From the NCBI GenBank assembly GCA_028708075.1, contig JAQVZS010000011.1, forward strand, positions 6,199-70,198: a stretch of DNA of 64,000 nucleotides. The letters run 5' to 3'. The position numbers were made by a program, and so were the translations under genes. Numbering within the stretch: the first letter of the stretch is position 1; every line of letters begins with the position of its first letter. This DNA is from Massilibacteroides sp. Lineage in GTDB: Bacteria > Bacteroidota > Bacteroidia > Bacteroidales > Tannerellaceae. The notes under the pieces are model-generated. The model was not told where the DNA came from. It ran no database searches and saw nothing but the letters and a program-made list of their open reading frames with translations. Shown piece after piece: positions 27,590-36,977 of the stretch.

Positions 27590-27982
27590 TCAGAATTTTG
27601 CCAGTAAATTTTGTGTTTCGTCTAAAAGATTTATTCGCTCAAAAGAGAAGGTACGATCGTGTTTTTGAATATAAAGCAAAATTTCCCGGGCCTTTTTCAG
27701 TAGACCATGGTTGTCATCAACCAAATAGCCTTCTTCCAATAATGTTTTAGCGGCAATTTCCATTCGTTGAAGACCCGCATTGTCTTCTCCATCCAATAGC
27801 TGGAGGATTTCTTCCGGCGTGTGGGAAAGCAAAAAATCTTTATCTATTTTTAATGTCGAATAAATGCTTTCTATTAATTGATCTGTTTTACGTGAAACGC
27901 CGTGATTGCGGTTATCGATTAGTTGGGCGATTACTTTCCCCAATTCTTCGATCTGGACTAAGATAAAATCTCGTTTTAACAT
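27590..27982 (-). CDS. Hypothetical helical protein
   Basis: 130-aa ORF packed 6 bp upstream of hemH and 11 bp downstream of the PPIase gene. No motif is recognised. Confidence 0.6.
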   Translation of the reverse strand: MLKRDFILVQIEELGKVIAQLIDNRNHGVSRKTDQLIESIYSTLKIDKDFLLSHTPEEILQLLDGEDNAGLQRMEIAAKTLLEEGYLVDDNHGLLKKAREILLYIQKHDRTFSFERINLLDETQNLLAKF

Positions 27983-27993
27983 TTTATTTTGTG

Positions 27994-28794
27994 TTAGTTG
28001 ACGATTACGGAAATGATCCGGATGTCTTTTTTCGGACGGTCGTACACGTCTGTTGCTTGCGAAGCGATTTTGTCAATAATATCTAATCCTTCGGTAACTT
28101 CTCCGAAGATAGTGTAATGTCCGTCTAAATGATGACAACCCCCAATTGTGGTATACGCTTCCCGTTGTTTAGGTGTAAATAGTAAGTGTCCGGGAGTAGA
28201 ACGGATAACGGAATCTACTTTGTTGTTTATTTCGATCACCCGCTTGTTGTATGTTTTCGGATCCTTTGTTTTCAATTGTTCCATTTCCATTTTAAACGGT
28301 TTGTAAAATTCGGCCATGGCTTTTCGCCGGATCTGGAGATTGGCTACTTTCTCCAACGTGTCTAATTCACCTCCACGGTATATTTTTCCTTGGACGATAA
28401 AAAACTGAGACATGTCTGATTTCTTTTGCGAATTGATATCGTCATTTTGGCGGGGCGCTGCCAACGTCCCTTTTTTATGGAAATATTGCGGAAGGAATTC
28501 CGGAAGAATTTCCGTGCTTCTGTCTCCAAATCCGCATCTGGCGCCCGGAGGGGCATTCCGAGAATCGGGGGCACCACCCTGAATCATGAATTCCTTAATC
28601 ACGCGAGTAAATAAGGTGCCATTATATTCTCCCTTGTTTGCTCTTGCAATAAACGTACGTACATGATTCGGCACATTATCGTATAAACATATTTTCAGTG
28701 TTCCTACACTGGTTTTGATTTCTGCCGTTCTTTTTTGGGCACTCAACGGATAAGTGCCCAAAAAGGCAAGAAAGACATATAGTATAGTTTTCAT
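27994..28794 (-). CDS. Cyclophilin-type peptidyl-prolyl cis-trans isomerase, secreted
   Basis: 266 aa with a signal peptide, FTRVIKEFMIQGG and HLDGHYTIFGEV. Confidence 0.9.
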   Translation of the reverse strand: MKTILYVFLAFLGTYPLSAQKRTAEIKTSVGTLKICLYDNVPNHVRTFIARANKGEYNGTLFTRVIKEFMIQGGAPDSRNAPPGARCGFGDRSTEILPEFLPQYFHKKGTLAAPRQNDDINSQKKSDMSQFFIVQGKIYRGGELDTLEKVANLQIRRKAMAEFYKPFKMEMEQLKTKDPKTYNKRVIEINNKVDSVIRSTPGHLLFTPKQREAYTTIGGCHHLDGHYTIFGEVTEGLDIIDKIASQATDVYDRPKKDIRIISVIVN

Positions 28795-28851
28795 GCTTGT
28801 CTATTTTTGGGTAAAGATAAAAAATATGTTGTAAAGCACAATGTTATTCTC

Positions 28852-28859
28852 TATCTTTG
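28852..28859 (+). promoter_or_regulatory. Putative -7 promoter box (TATCTTTG) for the transporter gene
   Basis: TAnnTTTG match 47 bp upstream of the ATG at 28907. Confidence 0.4.
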
Positions 28860-28906
28860 CGGTCTTGATAGGGTTGAGGTATTTTAAGGTTAAAAAAGAT
28901 TTATAC

Positions 28907-30580
28907 ATGGAGTGGATTAATGAGTTGTTGTGGGGACAGGGAATCGCACATTCCATCCTCCTTTTGTCGGTGGTAATTGCTTTAGGGATATTACTGGGTA
29001 AAATAAAGATTTTTGGGGTGTCCTTAGGTATTACAATGGTTTTATTTGTTGGTATTATTATGTCGCATTTCGATTTTACCATTAACCATGAGATTAATCA
29101 TTTTTTTAAGGAATTCGGCTTGATCTTGTTTGTTTATTCGGTGGGATTGCAAGTTGGTCCCGGATTTTTTTCTTCGTTTAAAAAAGGAGGAATTACGTTG
29201 AATATGCTGGCAACCGGGATTGTTTTGCTTGGTGTGACGGTGACGTTGGTGATTCATTATGCAACAGGTATTCCCATGTCGACTATGGTCGGTATTTTAT
29301 CGGGAGCTGTTACGAATACGCCAGGTTTAGGTGCTGCACAACAAGCTTATTCCGATGTGCACGGGGCTGTGGATGATACAATTGCTTTGGGTTATGCGGT
29401 AGCTTATCCTTTGGGTGTTGTTGGCATTATCTTGTCTGTTTTAGCTATTCGCTATATATTCCGCATATCTATGGAAAAAGAACAGCAAGCGATTCGTGAA
29501 GAAGACGAACACTCTAATAATGGAGCCAAAGCGGTTTCGTTAGTGGTTACAAATCCTAACGTGTTTGAAAAGTCTATCAGTGATATTTCGGATAAAATGG
29601 GACATGGAGCGTTTGTGGCTTCCCGGGTTTGGAGGCATAGTAATAAACGGATCGAAATAGCTGAAGCCAATACGATTTTGCATGAGAATGACAAGGTCTT
29701 TGTGATCACTACAGAACAAGAGGCCCCGGCGATTATTGAACGGATTGGTGACGTGATTGATATGGAGCGTAAGCAATGGATCCGTTTGGAAAGTCAACTG
29801 ATAAATCGTCGTATTTTGATTACGAATACGCATCTGAATGGCAAAAAACTGGGTGAACTTCAGTTGCGTAAGTTGTATGGAATCAATATTACGCGGATTG
29901 GACGTTCCGGGGTAGAGCTTCTGGCCACTCCTTCACTGGCTTTACAAGTGGGAGATACGGTGAATGTTGTGGGTACGGATTCGGCTGTCGCGTCGGTAGA
30001 GAAATTGCTGGGTAATTCCATGAAAAGATTAAACGAACCTAATTTGATGACTATTTTTATCGGGATCGGGCTGGGTATGGTTTTGGGAAGTATTCCATTT
30101 ACTTTCCCGGGAATTCCTCAGCCGGTTAAGTTAGGTTTGGCAGGAGGCCCGTTGATTGTAGCTATTTTATTAAGCCGTTTTGGTTACAAGTTAAAATTAA
30201 TTACGTATACAACGCAAAGTGCAAACCTGATGCTAAGGGAAGTGGGTATTACTTTGTTCCTGGCTTGCGTAGGGTTGGGGGCAGGCGAAAAGTTTGTGGA
30301 GACTGTGGTGAACGGCGGATATGCATGGATTGGTTATGGATTTCTGATTACGATAATTCCGTTGATAACGATCGGGTTAATTGGGCGTTATTTCTTTAAA
30401 TTGAATTATTTGACGCTAATGGGGCTTTTGGCCGGTAGTACGACCGATCCTCCTGCGCTTGCTTATGCGAATGCCACAGCTGGAAATGACGCGCCTGCCG
30501 TGTCGTATGCCACGGTGTATCCCTTGACTATGTTTTTGCGTGTATTAACGGCGCAATTACTGATTCTTTTGTTTGTTTGA
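28907..30580 (+). CDS. YidE/YbjL-type (AAE family) transporter with two central RCK-C domains
   Basis: The start was moved to [16 protein letters not shown] (ATG 28907), downstream of the promoter box. Two TM bundles are duplicated around a soluble TrkA-C-like pair. Confidence 0.85.
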   Translation: MEWINELLWGQGIAHSILLLSVVIALGILLGKIKIFGVSLGITMVLFVGIIMSHFDFTINHEINHFFKEFGLILFVYSVGLQVGPGFFSSFKKGGITLNMLATGIVLLGVTVTLVIHYATGIPMSTMVGILSGAVTNTPGLGAAQQAYSDVHGAVDDTIALGYAVAYPLGVVGIILSVLAIRYIFRISMEKEQQAIREEDEHSNNGAKAVSLVVTNPNVFEKSISDISDKMGHGAFVASRVWRHSNKRIEIAEANTILHENDKVFVITTEQEAPAIIERIGDVIDMERKQWIRLESQLINRRILITNTHLNGKKLGELQLRKLYGINITRIGRSGVELLATPSLALQVGDTVNVVGTDSAVASVEKLLGNSMKRLNEPNLMTIFIGIGLGMVLGSIPFTFPGIPQPVKLGLAGGPLIVAILLSRFGYKLKLITYTTQSANLMLREVGITLFLACVGLGAGEKFVETVVNGGYAWIGYGFLITIIPLITIGLIGRYFFKLNYLTLMGLLAGSTTDPPALAYANATAGNDAPAVSYATVYPLTMFLRVLTAQLLILLFV

Positions 30581-30585
30581 TTTTA

Positions 30586-31446
30586 TTAGAAATAACGGAT
30601 ATATCCAAGAGTATACGTTTCATACAGACGGTCTTTCATTCCGTGATAATAACGGAGCGAAAGGCCGTTTTTCTTGTATTCGTATCTCAGGTTGTTTCGA
30701 AGAATCATCGGTTTGTCACCCTTGTTTTCGTAACCGTGGAATCCGGAAAAATCGCTTTGAAGCGTGAAATTTTTCAGTTTGGCTGTAAAGCCGATTCCGT
30801 AATGTATTGCGTCGTTTTGACGGTGAACCCGGTCGTTGGTCATCCAGCAATAGAATCCCGCTAATCCTTGTACTGATACGGATACTTTTTGTGCCGGGTC
30901 TTCATATACTTTTCGTCCGACGGTCGTATCAAACCAATAAGATGCCGCGTCGGTGAAACGGGCGTCCACCAACCGGCCACCACTGGCTGTTTTTAAATTC
31001 AGACTTAGCATGATATCTACCCATTTCGGACTTTTCAACAGTTGGAAAAAGGTGCTGAAAATTACATCTCCGTTATAACTGATCGGACTTTCCGTTTCTG
31101 TGGCAAAACGTTCGTCTCGTGTTTCGGGGGTTAATTTATAATCTTCAAAAACAATGGCGCTGATTTCTATTGCTGCTTTTTCTTTGACGACAGGAATCAT
31201 GACACGCGTGAAAAAATCTTTCGTCTTGTCTCCTTTATAATAATGGTACTCTCCCCGGACTTCTATTTCAAAACGCTGGGCGACGACGCTTTCTCTTAAT
31301 TCCGGTATCGGAAAACCGTTCGGGCCGAAATAGCGCGGTGCGTAAATGATGTTTTCCATACGGTCTCTCCAGTCTTGGCTATACAGTTGGATGCTGGTAA
31401 TAAGAAACAAAGTAAGGGTAAAAACAATCCGAAAAAAGAATTTCAT
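30586..31446 (-). CDS. Hypothetical secreted protein, beta-barrel-like outer-membrane candidate
   Basis: The start was moved to MKFFFRIVFTLTLFLITSIQLYSQ (signal peptide). It has an alternating beta-strand pattern and a C-terminal aromatic residue (YIRYF). Confidence 0.6.
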   Translation of the reverse strand: MKFFFRIVFTLTLFLITSIQLYSQDWRDRMENIIYAPRYFGPNGFPIPELRESVVAQRFEIEVRGEYHYYKGDKTKDFFTRVMIPVVKEKAAIEISAIVFEDYKLTPETRDERFATETESPISYNGDVIFSTFFQLLKSPKWVDIMLSLNLKTASGGRLVDARFTDAASYWFDTTVGRKVYEDPAQKVSVSVQGLAGFYCWMTNDRVHRQNDAIHYGIGFTAKLKNFTLQSDFSGFHGYENKGDKPMILRNNLRYEYKKNGLSLRYYHGMKDRLYETYTLGYIRYF

Positions 31447-31483
31447 ATTTATGTTTTTGGACGTAAAAATACATATTTGTACG

Positions 31484-31491
31484 TATATTTG
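31484..31491 (+). promoter_or_regulatory. Putative -7 promoter box (TATATTTG) for the ThuA-like gene
   Basis: TAnnTTTG match 21 bp upstream of the ATG at 31513. Confidence 0.4.
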
Positions 31492-31512
31492 AGACTTTAA
31501 ATCTGTGAAACC

Positions 31513-32430
31513 ATGAAACACTTGTTAATGAAAAAAATCTGCAATTACTTGTTTATAATGTTTGGCGTATTTTTTGCATGCTCTGCTTGCGCAAAGAATC
31601 CGATTAGAACATTAATCTTAACCGGACAAAATAATCATAACTGGCCAGTGAGCAGTGTTGCCATTAAACAAATCCTGGAAAATTCCGCCCAATTTCAGGT
31701 GGATATAATTTCTTCCCCAGCGAAAGGAGAAGATCTGTCTTCTTTTATTGTGGACTTTTCGCCTTATTCGTTAGTTGTCGTGGATTATAATGGCGATGCG
31801 TGGCCGGAAGAAACCCGTAACAATTTTGTACAATATGCTCAAAAGGGAGGGGGAATTATAATTTATCATGCGGCAGATAATCCGTTCCCAGATTGGAAAG
31901 CGTATAGTGAGATTTGCGCTTTGGGTGGATGGGAAGGTCGTGATGAGAATTTCGGACCTTATGTGTATTGGCAAGATAATGCTTTAGTAAAAGATTGGAG
32001 CCCAGGTCCTGGTGGTTCGCATGGCAAACAACGCGAATATGTATTGTCGGTTAGGAATACTGATCATCCGATTGTGAAGGGACTACCGATGCAATGGTTA
32101 CATGCACAGGATGAGTTATACGACCGCATGCGTGGTCCCGGCAATATTAAAGATATCCTTTATACCGCTTATTCGGAGAAGGAAACCGGCGGATCGGGTC
32201 GGGAAGAACCACTTGTTTTTACAGTTGATTATGGCAAAGCGCGCATTTTTCATATAATGCTTGGGCATGCCGGGGAGACTCTTGAGAAAAATACGGCGAT
32301 GCAATGTGCCGGTTTTCAGGAATTACTCTTGCGGGGTGCGGAGTGGGCGGCTACCGGAAAAGTTACTCGCAAGGTTCCTGTCGATTTCCCTACTGCTGAC
32401 CGGGTTGTGATGCGTATGGATTATAAATAG
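31513..32430 (+). CDS. ThuA domain-containing protein
   Basis: 305 aa with a signal/lipobox-like N-terminus, ILTGQNNHNW, a GGGIIIYHAA pattern and HIMLGH. Confidence 0.75.
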   Translation: MKHLLMKKICNYLFIMFGVFFACSACAKNPIRTLILTGQNNHNWPVSSVAIKQILENSAQFQVDIISSPAKGEDLSSFIVDFSPYSLVVVDYNGDAWPEETRNNFVQYAQKGGGIIIYHAADNPFPDWKAYSEICALGGWEGRDENFGPYVYWQDNALVKDWSPGPGGSHGKQREYVLSVRNTDHPIVKGLPMQWLHAQDELYDRMRGPGNIKDILYTAYSEKETGGSGREEPLVFTVDYGKARIFHIMLGHAGETLEKNTAMQCAGFQELLLRGAEWAATGKVTRKVPVDFPTADRVVMRMDYK

Positions 32431-34340
32431 GAAGAATCGGGATTGCGGCTAATGTAGCCGTCGGATAAAAGAAAACGATCATCGCTGTCTGCTAAAAAGC
32501 GCAAGGCAGCGATTGTTTTTTCTTCCGGGTACGGTATTTGTGGGATTATCTGATCGATTTTCAGAGGAGTTTCCGTCAATAATTCTATCAGCCGGTTACG
32601 TATATCCGAAATATCGTCATCCGTAAGTTTCGAGTCCTTTTTGGAACGGCAGATATCACATGTTCCACAATCTTTTGTCCCTTTTTCGCCAAAATATGAC
32701 AGCAGGATACGGCTGCGGCAAATGTGTTTTTCGGAAATGTATTCCAGCACTTTATCTATTCTTTTATTTAGCCGCTCCTTCCGTTCTTCATAAGCTTTGC
32801 GTGGAATGCTTAGATACCGTTGTTCTTCCCGGGGTTGGGTGTAGATGATCAACGGCGTTTTCTTTTGCGGAATGTATCGTAGAATTTTATATTTGGAAAG
32901 TCCGGTCAATGTATCATATACTTCTTGTGCGGTACAGCTCGAGCGCGTGGCAATCAATGTCTCGTCGATATATGCGTAATCGGAGAATAGTCCGGTATAC
33001 GAACGGAGAATTGTTTGGATAATTTCTTCTGTCTTTTTATTTTGATGCGGATACCGATATAAGTCGTCACGGTTGATTAGAAAAGTTAGTCTTGAAGCAT
33101 TATCGATCTCTTCCGTATATTCAATATAGCCGGACAATTCCAAAATCTTTAACGCATGATGAGCTTGTATAACGGAGAACTTGAATATGTGACAAAAATC
33201 TGTCAAGGAAAAATCATGTATGGTATCCATTCCGTAGCCGACGGCTATTTGATAATAATTACCAAGCGCTTCGTAAATCCGGTAGATCAGTTTTCTATCC
33301 GGAAATTCGTCCGTCAACCTTTTTTTTAATTTGGCGCAATCTGTTCCCGAACATAAAGCAACAGCAAAAGAGTTTTCTCCGTCTCGCCCTGCCCGTCCGG
33401 CTTCCTGGTAATACTCTTCCAGCGAGCCGGGCATATCCATATGAACAACGATTCTTACATCCGGTTTGTCGATCCCCATTCCAAAAGCGTTTGTGGAAAC
33501 GATCACGCGATATTCGTTGTTTTTCCATTTGTTTTGTCGAAGGTCCTTTTCCGACCGGTTTAAGCCTGCGTGAAAATAATTCGCTGTTAGTCCAGCTTTT
33601 TGTAATTCGCAGGCGATTTCTTTCGTCCTTTTTCGGTTACGGACATAGACAATGGCAGATCCCGGAATTTTTTGAAGAATATGTATCAGAGCATTCAACT
33701 TGTTATCCGTATGCCTTACGATGTAGGAAAGATTTTCCCTACGGAAACTCTTTTTAAAAACATTTTTCTTTTTAAACAGGAGTTTGTTTTGGATATCGTC
33801 GACAACTTCGGGAGTTGCCGTTGCGGTCAAGGCCAATACCGGGATATTTTCCAAATGTTCACGAATATCGGAGATGCCCAGATAGGAAGGACGGAAATCG
33901 TATCCCCATTGCGAAATGCAATGGCTTTCATCGACAACCAGCAAGCATACGTTCATCGCTTGTAGTTTGGCGCGGAACAATGCTGTTCCCAGTCGTTCCG
34001 GTGATACGTAAAGAAATTTATATCCGCCGAAGATGCAGTTTTCCAATTGCGTGATGATCTCTTGTCGGCTCATCCCGGAATAGACAGCTGTAGCTTTAAT
34101 CCCGACGTGTCGAAGATTTTCTACCTGGTCTTTCATTAAAGCAATGAGAGGAGTGACTACAATACAAATTCCTTCCATTGCAAGCGTCGGAACTTGAAAA
34201 GTAATAGATTTACCTCCTCCAGTCGGCATAAGTCCCAAGGTATCTTTTCCTGCAGCAATGGACTGGATGATGTCTTCCTGTAACGGCCGGAAGGTTGTAT
34301 ATCCCCAGTATTTCGCTAATATCTCGTGATAAATATCCAC
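32421..34340 (-). CDS. recQ: ATP-dependent DNA helicase, RecQ family
   Basis: 639 aa with PTGGGKS, the DExH box VVDESHCISQWGYDFRPSY, TATAT, and a zinc-binding Cys cluster CRSRILLSYFGE...CGTCDIC. Confidence 0.9.
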   Translation of the reverse strand: MDIYHEILAKYWGYTTFRPLQEDIIQSIAAGKDTLGLMPTGGGKSITFQVPTLAMEGICIVVTPLIALMKDQVENLRHVGIKATAVYSGMSRQEIITQLENCIFGGYKFLYVSPERLGTALFRAKLQAMNVCLLVVDESHCISQWGYDFRPSYLGISDIREHLENIPVLALTATATPEVVDDIQNKLLFKKKNVFKKSFRRENLSYIVRHTDNKLNALIHILQKIPGSAIVYVRNRKRTKEIACELQKAGLTANYFHAGLNRSEKDLRQNKWKNNEYRVIVSTNAFGMGIDKPDVRIVVHMDMPGSLEEYYQEAGRAGRDGENSFAVALCSGTDCAKLKKRLTDEFPDRKLIYRIYEALGNYYQIAVGYGMDTIHDFSLTDFCHIFKFSVIQAHHALKILELSGYIEYTEEIDNASRLTFLINRDDLYRYPHQNKKTEEIIQTILRSYTGLFSDYAYIDETLIATRSSCTAQEVYDTLTGLSKYKILRYIPQKKTPLIIYTQPREEQRYLSIPRKAYEERKERLNKRIDKVLEYISEKHICRSRILLSYFGEKGTKDCGTCDICRSKKDSKLTDDDISDIRNRLIELLTETPLKIDQIIPQIPYPEEKTIAALRFLADSDDRFLLSDGYISRNPDSSYL

Positions 34341-34353
34341 GATGTCACAGACC

Positions 34354-36078
34354 TCAAATAGTCTCTGTCTTGATTTCTTTTACTAATAATTGAATAGAAG
34401 TTACGCCATTATACGTGTTTTCTTCAATGGTATAACAAATATTGAACGGATGCATGCTTTTAATATGTTCGCTATGTTTGTGCATGCCGAAAGCTATTCC
34501 GTGAATCGGACTATTGGAATTGCTGTCGATTAGTTCCAATTTCAAATGTTCCAGTTCTTTACCTACTAATTTACTCGTTCCATAATCCTTTACGTTTAAC
34601 GTCGAAAATACAGGTTTTTGATTGTCTGGCCCGAACGGACTCATTTTTTTTAGATCGTTCAAAAACTTGGAATTAATTTCTTTAAAATCCAATGTAGCGT
34701 CGATGTCTATTTGAGGGACCATTTGTTCCGGATCAATTTCCTCTGCCGCCAATTTGGAAAAACGTTCGGTAAATGCTTTTAAATTTTCTTCTTTTAAAGA
34801 TAAACCTGCAGCATAAGTATGTCCTCCAAAATTTTCCAACAGATCACGACAACTTTCTATTGCTTTATAAATATCGAATCCAGGTATGGAACGCGCTGAA
34901 CCCGTAATTAATTCGGATGATTTAGTCAAAACAACGGCCGGCCGATAATATTTTTCTGTTAATCGCGAGGCGACAATTCCAATCACTCCTTTGTGCCATT
35001 CCGGATTATAAACGATAATCGCCTTATGATCTTCCATATTCTGGAAATTATCAATGATAGCATTCGCTTCATCCGTTATTTTCTTATCCAATTCGCGGCG
35101 TTCATCATTGTATTGATTAATGTTTTCGCTTTTTTCGCGGGCAATTTCCCTATCTTTGGATAGTAATAAATCTACCGCTTCTTTCCCGTTCATCATTCGT
35201 CCGGATGCATTTATTCGCGGACCTATTTTGAAGACAATGTCACTGATCGTGATTTCTTTTCCGGTTAATCCGCAAACGTCAATAATTCCTTTTAGTCCAA
35301 GACTCGGATTGGTGTTTAACTGTTTCAATCCATAATAGGCCAATATTCGGTTTTCACCCGTGATTGGAACAATATCAGACGCGATACTAACTGCGACGAG
35401 GTCTAATAGCTTTTCCAATTCGGCGAAAGAAAAATTATTGCTTTTGGCGAAAGCCTGCATGAATTTAAATCCGACACCACACCCAGAAAGGTGTTCGTAC
35501 GGATATTGAGAATCCAACCGTTTCGCATCCAATACAGCTACAGCGTCAGGTAGTACGGCATCCGGCATATGGTGGTCGCAAATGATAAAGTCTATCCCTT
35601 TCATTTTAGCGTATTCCACTTTTTCTACAGCTTTAATTCCACAATCCAGCGAAATGATGAGTTTCACATCATTTTCTGCGGCATAATCAATCCCTTTGTA
35701 AGAAATACCGTATCCTTCGTCATACCTGTCCGGGATGTAATAATCCAGAGCAGATGAATAAAGCCGTAGATATTTATATACCAACGAGACGGCTGTTGTT
35801 CCGTCTACATCATAATCCCCATAAACAAGAATCTTTTCCTTGTTTCCCAACGCTTTATTCAATCTGACAATTGCTTTGTCCATATCCGGCATCAGATACG
35901 GATCATGCAAATCGTTTAGGTTGGGTTTAAAGAATTTCCTTGTTTCATCAGTAGTAGAAATTCCTCTTTTTACAAGTAATAAGGCGATAATGGGGCTGAT
36001 CCCCATATCTTTTGCCAGCTTATCTCTTTTATGTAATTCTTCTTCTGTTGGGGTTAGAAAGTTCCATCTGTTTGTCAT
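34354..36078 (-). CDS. recJ: Single-stranded-DNA-specific exonuclease RecJ
   Basis: The start was moved to MTNRWNFLTP (ATG 36076-78). It has DHH motifs YGDYDVDG and ICDHHMP, and the DHHA1 motif GGHTYAAG. Confidence 0.9.
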   Translation of the reverse strand: MTNRWNFLTPTEEELHKRDKLAKDMGISPIIALLLVKRGISTTDETRKFFKPNLNDLHDPYLMPDMDKAIVRLNKALGNKEKILVYGDYDVDGTTAVSLVYKYLRLYSSALDYYIPDRYDEGYGISYKGIDYAAENDVKLIISLDCGIKAVEKVEYAKMKGIDFIICDHHMPDAVLPDAVAVLDAKRLDSQYPYEHLSGCGVGFKFMQAFAKSNNFSFAELEKLLDLVAVSIASDIVPITGENRILAYYGLKQLNTNPSLGLKGIIDVCGLTGKEITISDIVFKIGPRINASGRMMNGKEAVDLLLSKDREIAREKSENINQYNDERRELDKKITDEANAIIDNFQNMEDHKAIIVYNPEWHKGVIGIVASRLTEKYYRPAVVLTKSSELITGSARSIPGFDIYKAIESCRDLLENFGGHTYAAGLSLKEENLKAFTERFSKLAAEEIDPEQMVPQIDIDATLDFKEINSKFLNDLKKMSPFGPDNQKPVFSTLNVKDYGTSKLVGKELEHLKLELIDSNSNSPIHGIAFGMHKHSEHIKSMHPFNICYTIEENTYNGVTSIQLLVKEIKTETI

Positions 36079-36385
36079 TATATTTTGTTTTTCTTTTCTT
36101 TTCTCAAGAATTATTACAACCAATTGAAGCATCTCCATTCGCTCTGAATTAACTTACTTTTGTTCGTTGCATGGCTTGCAATTCAATTGTTTATCCAATA
36201 TCAAGGATATAAGTAATAATTAACTTCGTAAAGTTAGAGAAATTAATTGATAATAAATAAGGGGGTCTATAAAATCATTATTTTTAGGATTGTTTTTTTC
36301 TTTCGTTTTTTATGCGAAAGTTCGATTTATATATAAAATAGAAGGATGAGCGAGATGATTGTTTTAATAATACATGAATCATTCG

Positions 36386-36393
36386 TACATTTG
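36386..36393 (+). promoter_or_regulatory. Putative -7 promoter box (TACATTTG) for the tsaC-led gene string
   Basis: TAnnTTTG match 20 bp upstream of the ATG at 36414. Confidence 0.4.
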
Positions 36394-36413
36394 TCTTTAT
36401 AGTTATAAAAATA

Positions 36414-36977
36414 ATGATTGAAGATATTAAAAAAGCCTGTGAGGTTTTGTCCGAAGGGGGGCTCATTTTGTATCCGACGGATACGGTATGGGGGATTGGA
36501 TGTGACGCGACGAATGAAGATGCTGTTCGTCGGGTATACGCATTAAAACGAAGGATAGATAGTAAAGCTATGCTTGTATTAGTGGATAGTACAGCAAAGT
36601 TGAATAGTTATGTCGAGGATATACCTGATATGGCGTGGGATTTGATTGAATTATCAACGAACCCTTTGACGATCATTTATCCGAAGGCGAAGAACTTACC
36701 TCCCTGCTTAGTTGCAGAAGATGGAAGCATTGGTATTCGCGTCTCTACAGAAGAATTTTCACGGAAATTATGTGAGCGTTTTCGTAAACCGTTGGTTTCT
36801 ACTTCTGCCAATTTCAGCGGAACGCCAGCACCCGCTTTGTTTTCAGAGATTTCGGAGGAAATAAAAAAAGGGGTTAATTATATTGTCGGATACAGGCAAG
36901 ACGATACGCATAGGGCTACTCCTTCAAGTATTATCAAACTTGGGGTAGGTGGACTTGTTCAAATTATTCGAGAATAA
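36414..36977 (+). CDS. tsaC: L-threonylcarbamoyladenylate synthase (YrdC/TsaC type)
   Basis: 187 aa with LILYPTDTVWGIGCDA and STSANFSG. Confidence 0.85.
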   Translation: MIEDIKKACEVLSEGGLILYPTDTVWGIGCDATNEDAVRRVYALKRRIDSKAMLVLVDSTAKLNSYVEDIPDMAWDLIELSTNPLTIIYPKAKNLPPCLVAEDGSIGIRVSTEEFSRKLCERFRKPLVSTSANFSGTPAPALFSEISEEIKKGVNYIVGYRQDDTHRATPSSIIKLGVGGLVQIIRE

